NCBI GenBank assembly: GCA_905331295.1
Contig: CAJNYD010000056.1
Location: 124,001-188,000 of the forward strand
Origin: Rotaria socialis
Lineage: Eukaryota
Length of the DNA stretch: 64,000 nucleotides
Reading direction: 5' to 3'
Both the position numbers and the translations under genes were made by a program. Within the stretch, counting starts at the first letter, position 1. Each line of letters opens with the position of its first letter. Shown here one piece after another: positions 26,990-40,313 of the stretch. The notes under the pieces are model-generated. The model had not been told where the DNA came from, ran no database searches, and saw only the letters and a list, made by a program, of their open reading frames with translations.

Positions 26990-27501
26990 TCACTGATATA
27001 AATGCTGATGATTATTTTTTTTTATTTAAGAAATTATACAATTACTAAATTTATACAGCGCCAAAGTCAAATTAAGAAAAGTAAAAACTTTGCGGACATT
27101 TTATGGTGGGTTTATTGTCATGATTACTGGTAATTATTGTATCGTGTACATATAACATCAACCATGATAAAAGTCTGGTTAGCCTTGATAAATTGCCTCG
27201 CTTTCTTTTGTTACGAAAAGACGAGGCCTGACACACGGCTATAGAACAAAAAAGAGCGCTCGTTTTCTCTCTCTTCTTTTTTGCTATTTACATACGGTAA
27301 ATGAATCCCTATATTTGAACTAGTTGGACTCACGTGAATTCAGCGTTCTCTCTCTCTATTTACGCATGTAAGATGAGGAAAAAAAAGAAGGAAAAAAAAT
27401 GTAATGCAGCGATGCATTGCAATTTTTCTTTTTTTTTCTTTATGCTAAATGCAACTATAAAAAAAAACGTTTCCTTCAGATTTTCACTGTAGCGGTAGAC
27501 G

Positions 27502-29013
27502 ATGAAGATTGTAATAATTGGTGGTGGACCATGTGGACTAGGAGCTGCTTGGCGTACTGAAGAAATTCGACGTCAAGGTTCATTTTTTTAATGAAATAAG
27601 GAAAGGCTATTAAAATTATTCTCTTTTGAAGGTAATACCAGTGTCGATTGGACAGTTGTCGAACAATCATTGGATGCTGGTGGTCTTGCTCGAACAGTTG
27701 TTGATGACAAAGGCTTTCTATGGGACATGGGTGGTCATGTGATATTTTCTCACTATGCTTATTTTAGTCGTTTACTTGATTACTTGTTGCCGAATGCTAC
27801 AGATTGGAACAATAAAATTCGCGAAGCATGGGTATGGATGCGTGGTACATTCATTCCGTATCCATTACAACAAAATCTCCATCGTCTACCAAAACAGGAA
27901 ATCATTGCCTGTATTGATGGTCTTCTCGAAAATGAACGTCGCCGTCAAACATTTTCAAAGCCTGTAACATTCGCTGATTGGATGGATCAATCATTTGGAC
28001 GTGGTCTATGTGATGTTTTCATGCGTCCATACAATTTCAAAGTGTGGGCATACACCGCCGATAAGATGAACGTCGAATGGATGGGTGAACGCGTTGCAAC
28101 AGTTAATGTATCACGTGTCGTACAGAATGTTATACTCGCCCAAGATGAAGTCGGTTGGGGACCTAATAATACATTTCGTTTTCCAATGAAAGGTGGCACT
28201 GGTGCAATATGGACTCGCTTAGCTCAAGTATTACCACAAGAAAAATTTCAATTTTCGAAGAAAGTGACCAAAATCGACGTTGTTAAAAAGATAATTACGT
28301 ATAGTGATGGTTCGTCGGAATCCTATGATGCTATTGTTTCAACAATGCCAATGGATTGCTTATGTCAAGTTGTTGAAGGCACAACGAAAATTCCTCGCCA
28401 TGATTTGCTTGAGAAAGCCAAGCAATTTCGTTATTCTTCAAGTCATATATTAGGCTTTGGACTTGACGGTCAACCACCAGAACATTTAGCAACAAAATGT
28501 TGGATGTACTTTCCGGAAGATGATTGTCCATTTTATCGTGCTACACTATTTTCTAATTACTCGCCTTATCATGTACCGAAACCAGGCGAACAATGGTCAC
28601 TTATGTGTGAAGTAGCCGAATCTCCTGACAAGCCTGTCGACATCGATAATATTATTGCTATTACAGAACAAGGTTTAAGAAATGCAAAATTAATTAATGA
28701 TGATACAAAAATCCTATCACGCTTTCATATTCGATTGGAATATGGTTATCCAACGCCATTTTTTGGTCGGGATCAACTTTGTGGACCACTTTTTGAAGAG
28801 TTCGAAGCGCATAATATCTATTCGCGTGGTCGCTTTGGTTCATGGAAATATGAAGTCTCAAATCAAGATCATTCCATGATGTTAGGTGTCGAAGCTATTG
28901 ATCGAATTGTTTTTGGTACTGAAGAACTCACACTGAAATATCCAGATGTTGTTAATGCCAAACGTGACAACGTTGGCCGTGAACCTTCGCTTCCACCGAA
29001 TCAAAATAGATAA
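27502..29013 (+). CDS. glf: UDP-galactopyranose mutase, eukaryotic type; exons 27502-27577 and 27632-29013
   Basis: A 54 bp intron restores the FAD-binding start MKIVIIGGGPCGLGAA. Also present: GFLWDMGGHVIFSHY, PYPLQQN, FMRPYNFKVW, WMGERVA, WGPNNTFRFP..GGTG, YFPEDDCPFYRAT.FSNYSP, YGYPTP and SRGRFGSWKYEVSNQDHS. Confidence 0.93.
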
Positions 29014-31399
29014 ATAACAATATTTTAGCTGAATTCCATTCGTCATGATTTACTCGATAACAATTCTTATTATAAAAACTAAATTTTTCCTTTAAGTTTA
29101 TTTATTCAATAAATATACTATGAATAACAAGGATATTTGGAGGTCTTTCTAGCTAACACAATATCGCCATGTTCACCTATATTATCATTGAGACTTTTAA
29201 TTCATGTTTCATTTAAGATAAAAAAAAAGAAAAGAAAAGAAAAAGCGAATTGTAATCTTTCACATGAAAATTTCATTTAACAAGCAAAATCTACATGATA
29301 AATCTCTATTAAGATAAAATTTTCTGAATTTGGCAAGCTGTGTCCGAGTTCAAGTAATCTTTAACAATATATATGCATAGCTCTTTCTTTTCTGGCGTTA
29401 GGATTATAATTTTCTTTTCACTGCTACTCGTTTATTACGAAACTATTGACCTTTCTATCATCAACAGTGATTATTCATTTGATGTAGTTTGAATATCGGA
29501 GGAGTACTGGCTCATTTATTTATAGTTCATAGTATTGATATTTTTATGTCAATCGAATAAAAGAAGATCGCAATCAACAGAGCGTCATTGTACTTGTTTC
29601 TGGAAATAACACGGAGAACAGTATTAATACATCAGCATATAGAGTTATATATATAGTTTAACGTTATTGATTGGCTCTTTTGCATTGGCTCCTGAACACT
29701 ATTCTTGTTTTTTTAAAGGTTAAATGAATTAAGAAACCAATCGGCTATAAATTAATAAAATCTTAAATCAACTTACTTCAAAGTTCTTCCTTTCTCAACA
29801 AGAAAATACTACATAGAACGCATACCTTTGAGGGGTATGTTCTGTTCGATTTTAACGTTAATTCTTAAAATGATTTTTTTATTGGACTCATTTTTAAGTG
29901 TATCTTTCTGCTGACTAATGATATTTGCCATTAAAGATACATTTAGTATCAAACACATGCTGATTTATAGTAGTGAGAAGAAAACAAAATACTGAGTTAT
30001 ACATAGGACATTAGAAAAATTTGTTTGCTTCAGTGCACTTTACTTGAAGTAAACGTTCTAACTATCAGATAAAAAATGACCATCAGAGCCAAATGAACAC
30101 ATGTAAGCGAAACTGTTAGAATATTATGATATCATTGAATGACGCAATCTATGATGAATTTCATCGTACGAAATTTTATATTTTCATTTTCGATTCGTCA
30201 ATGCAAATATGAATCAGTGTAGAACAAAAAAAAAAAAGATTGATGATACCTTTTAAATCTAAGAAGAAAACGAATTATTCTTTTCTTTTACGCACTACTG
30301 CATTTATTGTCAAAGCATGCCTACAACTCTACTTTGTTTATTATTCCTCGTTATTGACGATGAAGGTCTACCTTTATTTCTCTTCTGTTTCTTCTTATGT
30401 AATAGTTTCAAGCACGACGACAGAAAAATGCTGACGTTCTGTTACGAGTAGTCGACGAAAAAAAAAAGAAAAATCTAAAAAGAGACCAATGGGATATAAA
30501 AGGAGACACTCAGTTCGACATTTCATTAGCGTCCTTCTCAAAACTATTAACAACACATCTAAAGCATCGGTGACAACTACAAAATTAGTAGCGAGAGAAC
30601 GAAAAGAAGGTCTTCGTCTTCTCAGTATGTCATGTTTTCCAAATCCAACGCACGGGTTAGTCGAAATCTTCTGATCAAAGTAGCTGATATTTAAAATAAA
30701 GCCAATTAACAGGATACGAACAACTTACTAATCTCCTACTTAGTGACACAAAGAATGCAAGTGGCAAAACGCCTACTGACAATAATGGTCTACTCATCAA
30801 AACCAAACAAGATGCAGCCGCTATTATGATCAGTAAAAATCAGTTAAAAACGATCCCATTTATATTTTGTGTTACTAATCCTAAGGCGTCTGTCTCCTAC
30901 TGTGATATCGCATTTCTGATAATTGTAACAATTCAACCAGATGCATGGATTGTTGCAGCCTTCGAGTGAAATACTCAAGCATGTCTTTCTTGTCACAGTA
31001 TTCAATCATTCTTTCGTTCTTTCAGTGCATATTTTACAAATGCACTCGTGATTTTGTACTCGATACGCGCAGTATGTAGTTTGTCTTTACCCAGAGGATT
31101 CCGTATTTTTCTGTTGTAGCGTTTATAGTATTCCTTAAGGTAACTATGTATCAAGAAGCAGTATTTAAGGAGTGTGAGAAATACATTGTAGAGACGGCTT
31201 TTGATATTTAAATAAAGCTTATATTCAGCATCTATGAAATAAGCCTCCAATACATCAGAAATCGTCACAATAAAGCCAGTTTAAACTCAAGTTGTCTAAT
31301 GAGTCAACTTTAAGAGTCATCGACTATTTAGATTGTCTCTGACGCATTCTATTTCCATACCGTTCACATAGGATAGGATTGAGGAGAACTTTCTTCTAA

Positions 31400-31830
31400 C
31401 GAACAGTTCTCTAAAAATGAACTACAAGGTGCTTTCTTCAACTCATATTGCTATTGCTACTTCTTACAACAACATCGGTATTGCGTATTCTGCGATGGGC
31501 GAATACTTGAAAGCACTTTCAATCCGCCGTAAAAGACTTACGAACAGTCGCAATAAACTTCCTTCGAAGTTCATCTTGATTTGACTACTTCTTACAGCAA
31601 CATTGGCAGTGTGTTTTAAACAAAGGATGAATACTCGAAAGCACTTTCATCGGGAAGGAAAAGTTTTTCCAAACCTGCCCCTACAAAAAGCGTTCTTCAG
31701 TGCATGCTGATTTGGCTACTTCCTATAACAACATCGGCATGGAATATTTCACGATGGGTGACTACTCGAAACCACTTTTATTCTGTAGTAAAACTCTTTC
31801 CAAAAACAGTTGCAACAAGATTTCTTTACC
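31400..31830 (+). pseudogene. Degraded TPR-repeat gene fragment
   Basis: Three units of gctacttcttacaacaacatcgg...ggcgaatactcgaaagcacttt (ATSYNNIG..Y..MGEY.KAL) with frameshifts and a stop. Confidence 0.75.
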
Positions 31831-32870
31831 TGAATTATGGTTTTACTAATTAATGATTGTATTATATATCGTACGATGTTTACCTCATCTTTATACGGAC
31901 CATCTTCAAGCCATAAACAATATGAATATATTTTGACATACCAATGAGTTCTTTGAGTTTCTTGAGTTCATAGATTTTTAGAGTTATTTTTTTATCTACC
32001 TATGAGTTGAACTTCAGTTGATGTCTCAATAGATTAATAATTGTTTTTTGCTGGAATGTTTTTCTCTGTTAAATATTTGTCTGTCGTACTGTAAATTTTT
32101 AGTTTTTGATTTGTTGCTTGCAATAAAATAGTTTACTGTAACTCCTTTAAATATCGTCACTATTATGGGTATTTAACACTGTTTAAAAAATCAAGCCTAT
32201 GCAACCATATTCAATATAATCATTCTGGAGACACAGTTTTCTTATTGAAGTTTCTCCAAGACAATTTTATATTTAGGAATGTATTTCGACTCTTAAGAAA
32301 TAATGATGTTTTTATGCTAGATTGATGTGTGCAGCTTGAAGAGAGTACATATCTTTCTGCTGGTGTTTTATTTGCGATCAAGTTCCAGTTTCAAATAAAT
32401 CATACTACAGTGAGGATGTGGGTAATATTGACAACACTACCTGTACGAAAGTCTATAGACAAACACAAATCAAATAGTTATTCTCTGTTTGAATTGATCG
32501 AAGAGTTGATTTCTTTATAACCTTATCGATCATTCTTGTTGACAGGAGTTCAGTATTTTCAGCACGGATCATATTTTCCATTACAGAATAGTTCTTGAAT
32601 GAATCTCAACGGTTACAGCACTCTCAAATATCAAAAAAAACAGAATCATCATGTTTCCATCATATATTCTGATGAACTGAAGTGGCACAGTAAGAAAATA
32701 ATTTTTTTTTCTGGTATCGCATTTATCATTTTCAATGACATTTTTCAGCACAATTGTAGTAAGAAACGTGTTTGATGTTTTTCATAAGAATCGCCTGATA
32801 TCGGCCTTCTGTTTATTAGATATAACAATGAAAACAGTCACTAGGTTACAACACAGAAGAAAAACAACAA

Positions 32871-34386
32871 TCAATCATTGAGTGATAGACTCTGTTTGGC
32901 TTGTTTAATCATAGCATCGATCATGTCTGTATACTGTTTACGTTCGATCGCTTCAACTGTCGACTTATTGCCAGAAAAAATACACCGTATAAGGTTAGAA
33001 AAACTAATAACAGCTCTTGAGTGACCATATTTGTATACCAAATATCGCCATGCCAATTCAATGTACACATCTTGGATACGCAACACGGCTGTGATATTTT
33101 CAAGATTGATCGTCTCAGTATTGGTGTAGAATGTATAGTCAAATGTAGAAAAACCAATGATTGAAAGTCCGAGCTTGACAAATACAACGTCAGAATCAAT
33201 TAAATCGCATGTAGCTTTACCAGCCTGCATTGCAGGCGAACCATAAACAGCCTCTGAAGCCGAATAGAAAACCGGATTGTCGAATAGTTTAATATGGGAC
33301 AATATGAAACATACGCCGATACCTCCCAGATATTTTAGTCTCCCGTGAATCAAATGTGACCGATCATGCACACTTAATGCTTTAAAGTCGGCATTCTTTT
33401 CGAACAACTGCTGAGAACCTGTCATTAAAGATGAATAAAGTGCGTTGAGTGACGCATATTTGTAGCGCGCTTTGGGAGGCAGAGCATTCTGTGCGCTTGT
33501 GAACCGTTCAGCTACCAAAAATCCACCATGCTCGTCGTAGCAATGAATCAAATTAGACAGAAGATTCCATTGGCCGATACTTAATGTGGATGTATCGGAT
33601 CGCAACAGAGTCAACGTTGGCAGCTAAATTTGGCAAGACAAAATTTATTGAAAATAACTTATATCTTATCAAAATAGTGCAGTCAGATAAAAAGAACACT
33701 AGTCTTCTTCAATTTCTTATTATGATGTTAAAATTTAAGAGCTTTTCCAATATTATCCTGCAGACTGTTTTCCTATTAGCGTTCAATTCATTTGCAATCG
33801 AATGACTTTATACTCGATTTTTTTGTGAAAAAAGTACTTGTTATCACATAATGAATCTACCGCTAGTTGAGTTACACAAAGAGTCAGAGAAAAAGAAGGA
33901 AAGAGAATGAAATCTCTTACCTGTGGCGGTTGATTTCTCGAAGGTAGCATTACCAAAGCATTGGACTTTTCTGTCATCGGCTCAACTATCTCTTTCTTTT
34001 TTCGATTTGTTCTCTTCTGAATTGATCTTGAAGGTCGAAATAACTCAATTTGCATACCACGTGCAAAACATTTTTTCAGCCGACAACACGAGCAGATGTG
34101 ACGATTAAAGATGTTAATTTCACAGTTTCCACCAAAATCACATTTGAGATGCTTCTAAGCAGAATGAGGTGACTTAAAATATAGATTTATTTCATCAGAC
34201 CTGATTAATCTCTGCATTTCGTTTGAAGAACATTTTACATGGAGCGCACGTGAAAACACCCACATAAGAGCAATAAGCAGCCGCTCCACATATTTTGCAT
34301 TCGAATTGGATTGCGCTTCGTTTTTGTGTATCAGTTGTAGAAGAAACAGTATCATCCCTAGTAATTATTGTACCTCTCTGGTCCAT
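32871..34386 (-). CDS. Nuclear hormone receptor (C4 zinc-finger DBD plus divergent LBD); exons 34386-34201, 34154-33921, 33623-32871
   Basis: CKICG...YVGVFTCAPCKMFFKR | KCDFGGNCEIN...RHICSCCRLKKCFARGM, then a helical LBD-like exon containing F..LS..DR..L. Confidence 0.9.
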
Positions 34387-36705
34387 TGCTGAACTAGTAA
34401 TGACGTGCTCTTTTTTGTCGTAGAAGAAACCCGGATGAGTGAAGAACGGAAAAAATGTTACTTTAATATCATCTATCTGCAATGCATAGTTTAACAGATT
34501 ATGAAATGCAACACGGTGCAAAAAAAACAGCATGAATGTGCCTTTTTCCAACAAAAAGAATTAACAAGAGAAAATCTCGACATGTAAAATCGATGCACGT
34601 TGCTACCGAACTTAAAAGCAAATTTTGCTATGTAGATAACGACCAAAAAGTACTTAATAATCTATTCTATGTAAAGATAAAGAGCATCGCAATGCTTCTT
34701 TTTTGTGACCTGCATGTTTCAGTTGTTTGCGAAGACAGGTTTCATCGAAATCGATTTAGTCTAGAAGTTTGTCAAGTTGTATTTCGAAGCAATTAGCTTT
34801 GTTGAACGAAAAAAAACTGTCGATGTTTTCAACAGTATCAATCATGAAACCATTTTTGAGGAAAGATCAGCGAACATCAAAATTCACTGAGATACTCAAC
34901 ACCATAGATCACTATTTTGCAGAGCTCTAACCAACACGTCAGCCTATTAAGATGTCAACTTGTCTTTTTACATGAATATAAGCAAGGGACTTACTCACAC
35001 GAATCTTGTTGATGAGCTGATTCATGAGCAACTACCGACAATAAATGAGCACGATCTTTTCAATATGTCGGACAAAATTGGCACGCAATTTTTCTGCGCT
35101 TGTTCTATTTCTATTATAGACAACAATCGGTAGAAAATATTTAAATGAAAAATAAAACGAGCGAATTGCATTGCATCGTAGTTCAATTCAATAAAAACAG
35201 TAACTGATATTTCGTGTGTTTAAGATGCACGAAAATGTGAAACGAGCAGTGTAAATCTGCAAAATACTCGAACGTTTTTTTTATGTATATTCACGCAATG
35301 CGAGACGCCAGATTAGTCACGTGAGTACTGTCAGTTTAAAAAGTGCACTATCACTCTTTCAACCTTCTGATTCTCGTGTGGGGCTCTACTGCTTTGTTGT
35401 ATTACTAGCAACAAGGATGCAAAAGCATTTGTCGACGAATTTGTATTCTATATTAATTGCTATAGTTACTTGCATGAATACTTCTAGATAACTTCATCAT
35501 TTCCATTATCAGTAACACAAAATGCTCATGCGAGAGACAATAAGTACTCATCTAAAATAATATCTAATAGATTATTATCTCATAATAATCAGCTTAAAAT
35601 GATTTCGTGTAGAGTGTCAATGAAATAAAAATGTAATTTTATTTAAAAAAAGTAGCAAAAAACATTCTTTGTCCAAATCTGATTTTAACGTTAATGGCAG
35701 ATCCTATTTTGTCACTTCTAACGCATAAATATTTTTGAAATCAAATGTTTGTTTTACTCAATCTATTAGGTTACGAAAGAATTTTTCTGATATCTAGTTG
35801 ATTCTACGTAATTATCGACGCCGTAAACTTGATAGAGTCTATTTTAAAATGTGACAGTTTTATCAACAATATAACCGAGATTTATCTAGATTATATAAAT
35901 AAATTTAATGTTCATACAGAAGTCAAACATCGTACTGTCGTAAACAGAATTTTTGTCTATCAAGAATAAAATGAAATGAGTTGTTTTCAAACAGAATTGA
36001 AGACTGTTGAAGAAGAGATTGCTTTTGCAACCAAAGTCTTGAAAATTTATACTTTAAGTATATAAATGAGAAAATATATGAGAAAAGAATATTAGCTTCA
36101 TTAGAAAGAGTCTTCTTTGCTGCACACATAGAATTATCATAAGAACGTATCAAATATTTGTTTGAACAAAATACTGTCTCACAGTAGAAATACGAGGTGT
36201 TGAAGTATTAAAACAGATAATTATGATAGTGATTTATCGCAAGATGATGGAATCCAACGACTAATTTTCTTAAATTTAATCAAAATTATACTCCAGTTTC
36301 TGTTTATGAGAAATCGTACACCGTCGACGTTTCTCAATGAAAATTACTGAAAGTACATTATTTGACGAATCAATTATTTCACATGGGGGCTTACATGATA
36401 ATTCCAAAACTCTTCTAAAAATGAAAATGAACCAGAAAACTATTTGAGATTTAATCTCTACCGTTATTGTTGCTCATTTTACTTGATTGTTCAATGCACT
36501 ATATGGACACTTATATGGGATGATTTTGACATAACTGTTGAGTATTCGTTGACACATACTTTGATAGCCAGTTGGCCTACCAAAACAATTGACTAGAAAT
36601 TAATAGGAAGTCAACAGCTCATCGGAATCCGCTAGAAATAACATGCAATACCCACACAGTAAAAAATTAGATACAGATTTAATAAAAACAGATAACAATG
36701 ATCCA

Positions 36706-37125
36706 TAGTGATCTGCGTGTTCAATCCGTCGTGACCAAAGAAATAAAAGATTATTCAATAACAGTTTTTATGGTGATTGTGGAAAAATAATTCTAATTGA
36801 TGTTTTGTGTTCAGAATTTTAAGCTCTTCAAAATGATGCAAGAAGATTGAGGATACGTTCATCTGCAGCGGAGAAAACTGCGGTATATTCGTCGTGACCA
36901 GAAAGCTTCGTGATCGGTAGTAACGAAAATTGGTCACGACGAATGTGTGGAAGTTTTCTCCACGGTAGTTCAATGTATCCTCAATCTTCTTGTATCGTTT
37001 TGAAGAGCTTGAAATTCTGAACACAAAACATCAATTAGAATTATTTTTCCACAACCACCGTAGAAACTGTTATTGAATAATCTTTTATTGCGTTGGTCAC
37101 GACGAATTGGTCACGCAGATCACTA
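36706..37125. mobile_element. Almost fully palindromic MITE, probably hAT-type
   Basis: Ends tagtgatctgcgtg / cacgcagatcacta with ~195 bp arms. Flanking 8-mers atgatcca and atggtaca match at 6 of 8 positions (decayed TSD). Confidence 0.85.
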
Positions 37126-37587
37126 ATGGTACAGCTATGATTTAAGGAAAGATAAAATAAATATATGATGGCACTACTTAAAAATGCATGTGTTTCTTCG
37201 AGTGCTAAACATTTATTGATGTGTATTTACAACATTCATACATGTTCTCAATTGGCATGCTGCAACCGTTTTCACAGTACGTGTGTAGGATCTGATAGGA
37301 AAAACAATTTTTATCATCAGGCACGAAAGTTGCACAGATAAAAATTTTAAGAGTCAAAATGTTACTCAAGTAAACATCGAACACAAAACTTTGAATTACA
37401 TCATACCGATTAAAGAAACATATCGAATTGTAGAGCATTTATATAAAACAAGCACAAAAAAATAAGTATACTACAGGATCCGTTCTGCAATGAGAATGCA
37501 AACATATATTTATGTTCATAGGCGTAATTAGATAATTAATAGTGAAATTAGAAAGAGGAAGAAAAAAAAGAAGAACAAGATCACATA

Positions 37588-39393
37588 TTTAGGTCTGACC
37601 AGAAGTTCTGTGATTTAAAAAAAACTAAAAAAAAGAGAAAGTTTGAGTTTTATTTTATTAAATGTTGATGATAGCTGCCATGATTATATATATATATATC
37701 ACGTTGAATCCTTTCTAACAATCTGTTAAAAGTTTTTTGAACTCTTTTACGAAAACAATTTTAGGTACTTTGGATACCACATGGACTAGTCATATTTCAT
37801 TGTTTTGAAAATTTCGTTTGATCATGGCAGCTGCGTTCTAGCACTACTAGTGATGGGATATGGATTTATTTGAGATAGGTTAGTCATAAGTCATCTGATG
37901 CCAGCCGGCTTATTGGAGATGAATCGCCAGAGACTGTTGTTCATGAAGACTGATTTTAACCAAAACTTTGCTTAGTATATTCTTTACATCAAATAGTCCT
38001 CAGTGTAGATAAAGGCAAGACTGTAGGTCGCAAGTATTATATTGAAAATTATCCGAAGCCTTTTGTTAACGGATTTATGGAAACAAATAGAGATATCAGG
38101 GTCAAAATGTACAAAATTGCTTGACGATCATCGTTGACTCCATAATTATCCAATGTTATTAATTAGATGACAGAAGAAGGAATCAATATAATGTCATATC
38201 CATCATATTCATCAGGCCTGACTCCATGTCATTTTTGGCTAACCAATTCTATTGAACGTAGTTGAACTAATTAAATAAATGAAATATGATTAGTTCATGT
38301 GGTATCCAAGGTAACGAAAATTATTTTCGAAAAAGAGTTCAAAAAAACGTTTAACAAACTGTTAGAAAGCATTCAACTTGATATACAGTGAAGGGCAAAA
38401 AAACATTGTCGTTGCACCTACGCATTGTCTCGAGTCATATATGTGAAGCGCATGAACGGATTCTTCTGAAACTTTTATCAGTAATTAAGGATGTGCTATA
38501 GATTTTAATCAGAGCGGGACTCCTCAAAGAGTGTCGTTCAGTAGAGCGAGAGACATCATGATTCGAGTATCTACCGCTTTTCTAGAATATCAAACAGTCA
38601 TATTACACTACCACGACTAGGGCAATCGTAGCGGCACGAAAAATCGTCTTCTTAAAAAACCCTACGTCCATAGTATCTAACGAAATGCAAATGAGGTTCA
38701 ACGACACGGCATTGTAAAAAAAAAACGGAGGATCACGGTGCGTAGAATTGCCAGAAAAAATGGCGATCGGACCAAATTTTCTAACTATCTCGACACCGAC
38801 TTGTCTGACCGGCTTGAAATTTCGATAGTAGACAGACATCGGCAAGTAGAAAAAATTTTTTCCCACGTAAACAAATTCTGAAAATTCATCTTCAGCATCA
38901 AATAGAGGTCAAAATTTGAGAAGGTTGTGTTGCATTTCTTTCTCGCTTTAAAAATCGAGAAGACATCGTATCGAGCTGAAACTCCGGCTACTGGACCTTG
39001 ATCCAAAAGGAGGTTCATAGCATCTTCCACTCTTCTCCAAACACACATTTTAGACTAGAACATAATCCATGTACATGGACAAAGCGATCTTAAGCTATTT
39101 GAGTGTATCGATGAAGCTAGTGTTTACTGCTTTTTTGGCTGAAGGAAAAAAAAGTTAGCTATCGATTATTATATTTGTGTACTCTTGTGTATGTATAATT
39201 TATGTATAAAAAGAACTTTTAATATTCATCATGTTCAGTAGAGTAACTTTATCAAATACTAACGGCAATTATTTTTGCACACCACTGTAGATATAATCAT
39301 GGCAACTATCATCAACATTTAATAAAATAAAACCCGAACTTTCTCTTTTTCTTTAGTTTTTTTTTAATTGCAGACCTTTTGGTCAGACCTAAG
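37588..39393 (+). mobile_element. Decayed mariner element with ~100 bp TIRs and TA flanks
   Basis: ttaggtctgacc...gatagctgccatgattatat pairs with atataatcatggcaactatc...ggtcagacctaa. A remnant of the YSPDLAPCDFWL motif (YSSGLTPCHFWL) lies near 38205-38240. Confidence 0.85.
38386..39287. mobile_element. Tc1-like non-autonomous element nested in the mariner
   Basis: TA-cagtgaagggcaaaaaaacattgtcgtt ... aacggcaattatttttgcacaccactg-TA: CAGTG termini with a TA duplication. Confidence 0.75.
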
Positions 39394-40313
39394 TATATTA
39401 TGTATGTATTCTGAAATGAATCCACTTTTTTTGAACTTACCAACAACACGAGCAGCTAAATTAGGTTCGATTGAAAAGATAGTAAACTGATGAAAAATGC
39501 AATTACGGTGCATTTGCAACTGTCTCGCTGAAATTCTCTTCTTTTTTTAAATTTTAATTTGCGACGTTTTACTCCTTCGATTTTTTAATTCCTCAATGAT
39601 TTTTAATCTAGTCAATAAAAATGCTGATTTAGTAACGACTCTACTTCTATCATTGGTTATATCGGCGATGAACAACCAAGAGTACTTGAACTTTACGAGT
39701 TCTAATATTGTTATTGGTGATAGATAACTAAAGGAAGATCGGGATTTCCGTCCATACTGTATTCAAAATCATTGACCGCCAAAAAATAACCAAAGTTTTA
39801 CAATTAGTGACTGTATTTTTCACTGCTGCGTAGAATGTCGAAGGACCTGATGTTCTGAATTTGAGGTTAGGACAGGGACAATAATTACATACACACAAAC
39901 ACCATACCCTCACCATTACATCTACTCATATCCAAGATTGAAAGAGCACATGATTTGATTCAATAACATGCGGGTACTATAGTAAATATTGCTATATCAC
40001 TATAAAGTATATAGAAGTTCCAAATTACAAATATATCATCCTACATCGCTATGAGACAAAATATTTTACTTAGTAATGAAATTATGTACGTGGTGTAAAT
40101 GCAGGCCAAAGACTATGGTTCATTGTCTTCTATTAAATTTTAATAAGACATTGTATAATAGAACTGCTAACACATCAATTGAAACTATGCTCATTTTTTT
40201 TCTTTATAAATTTAATCAAGACATTAAGAGACAGAAATCAAGATCCACTATAATACAAGGTACGATTATCGTTTCTACGCCAAATACCATGCATGGTTTG
40301 TCTTTCTTCCACT

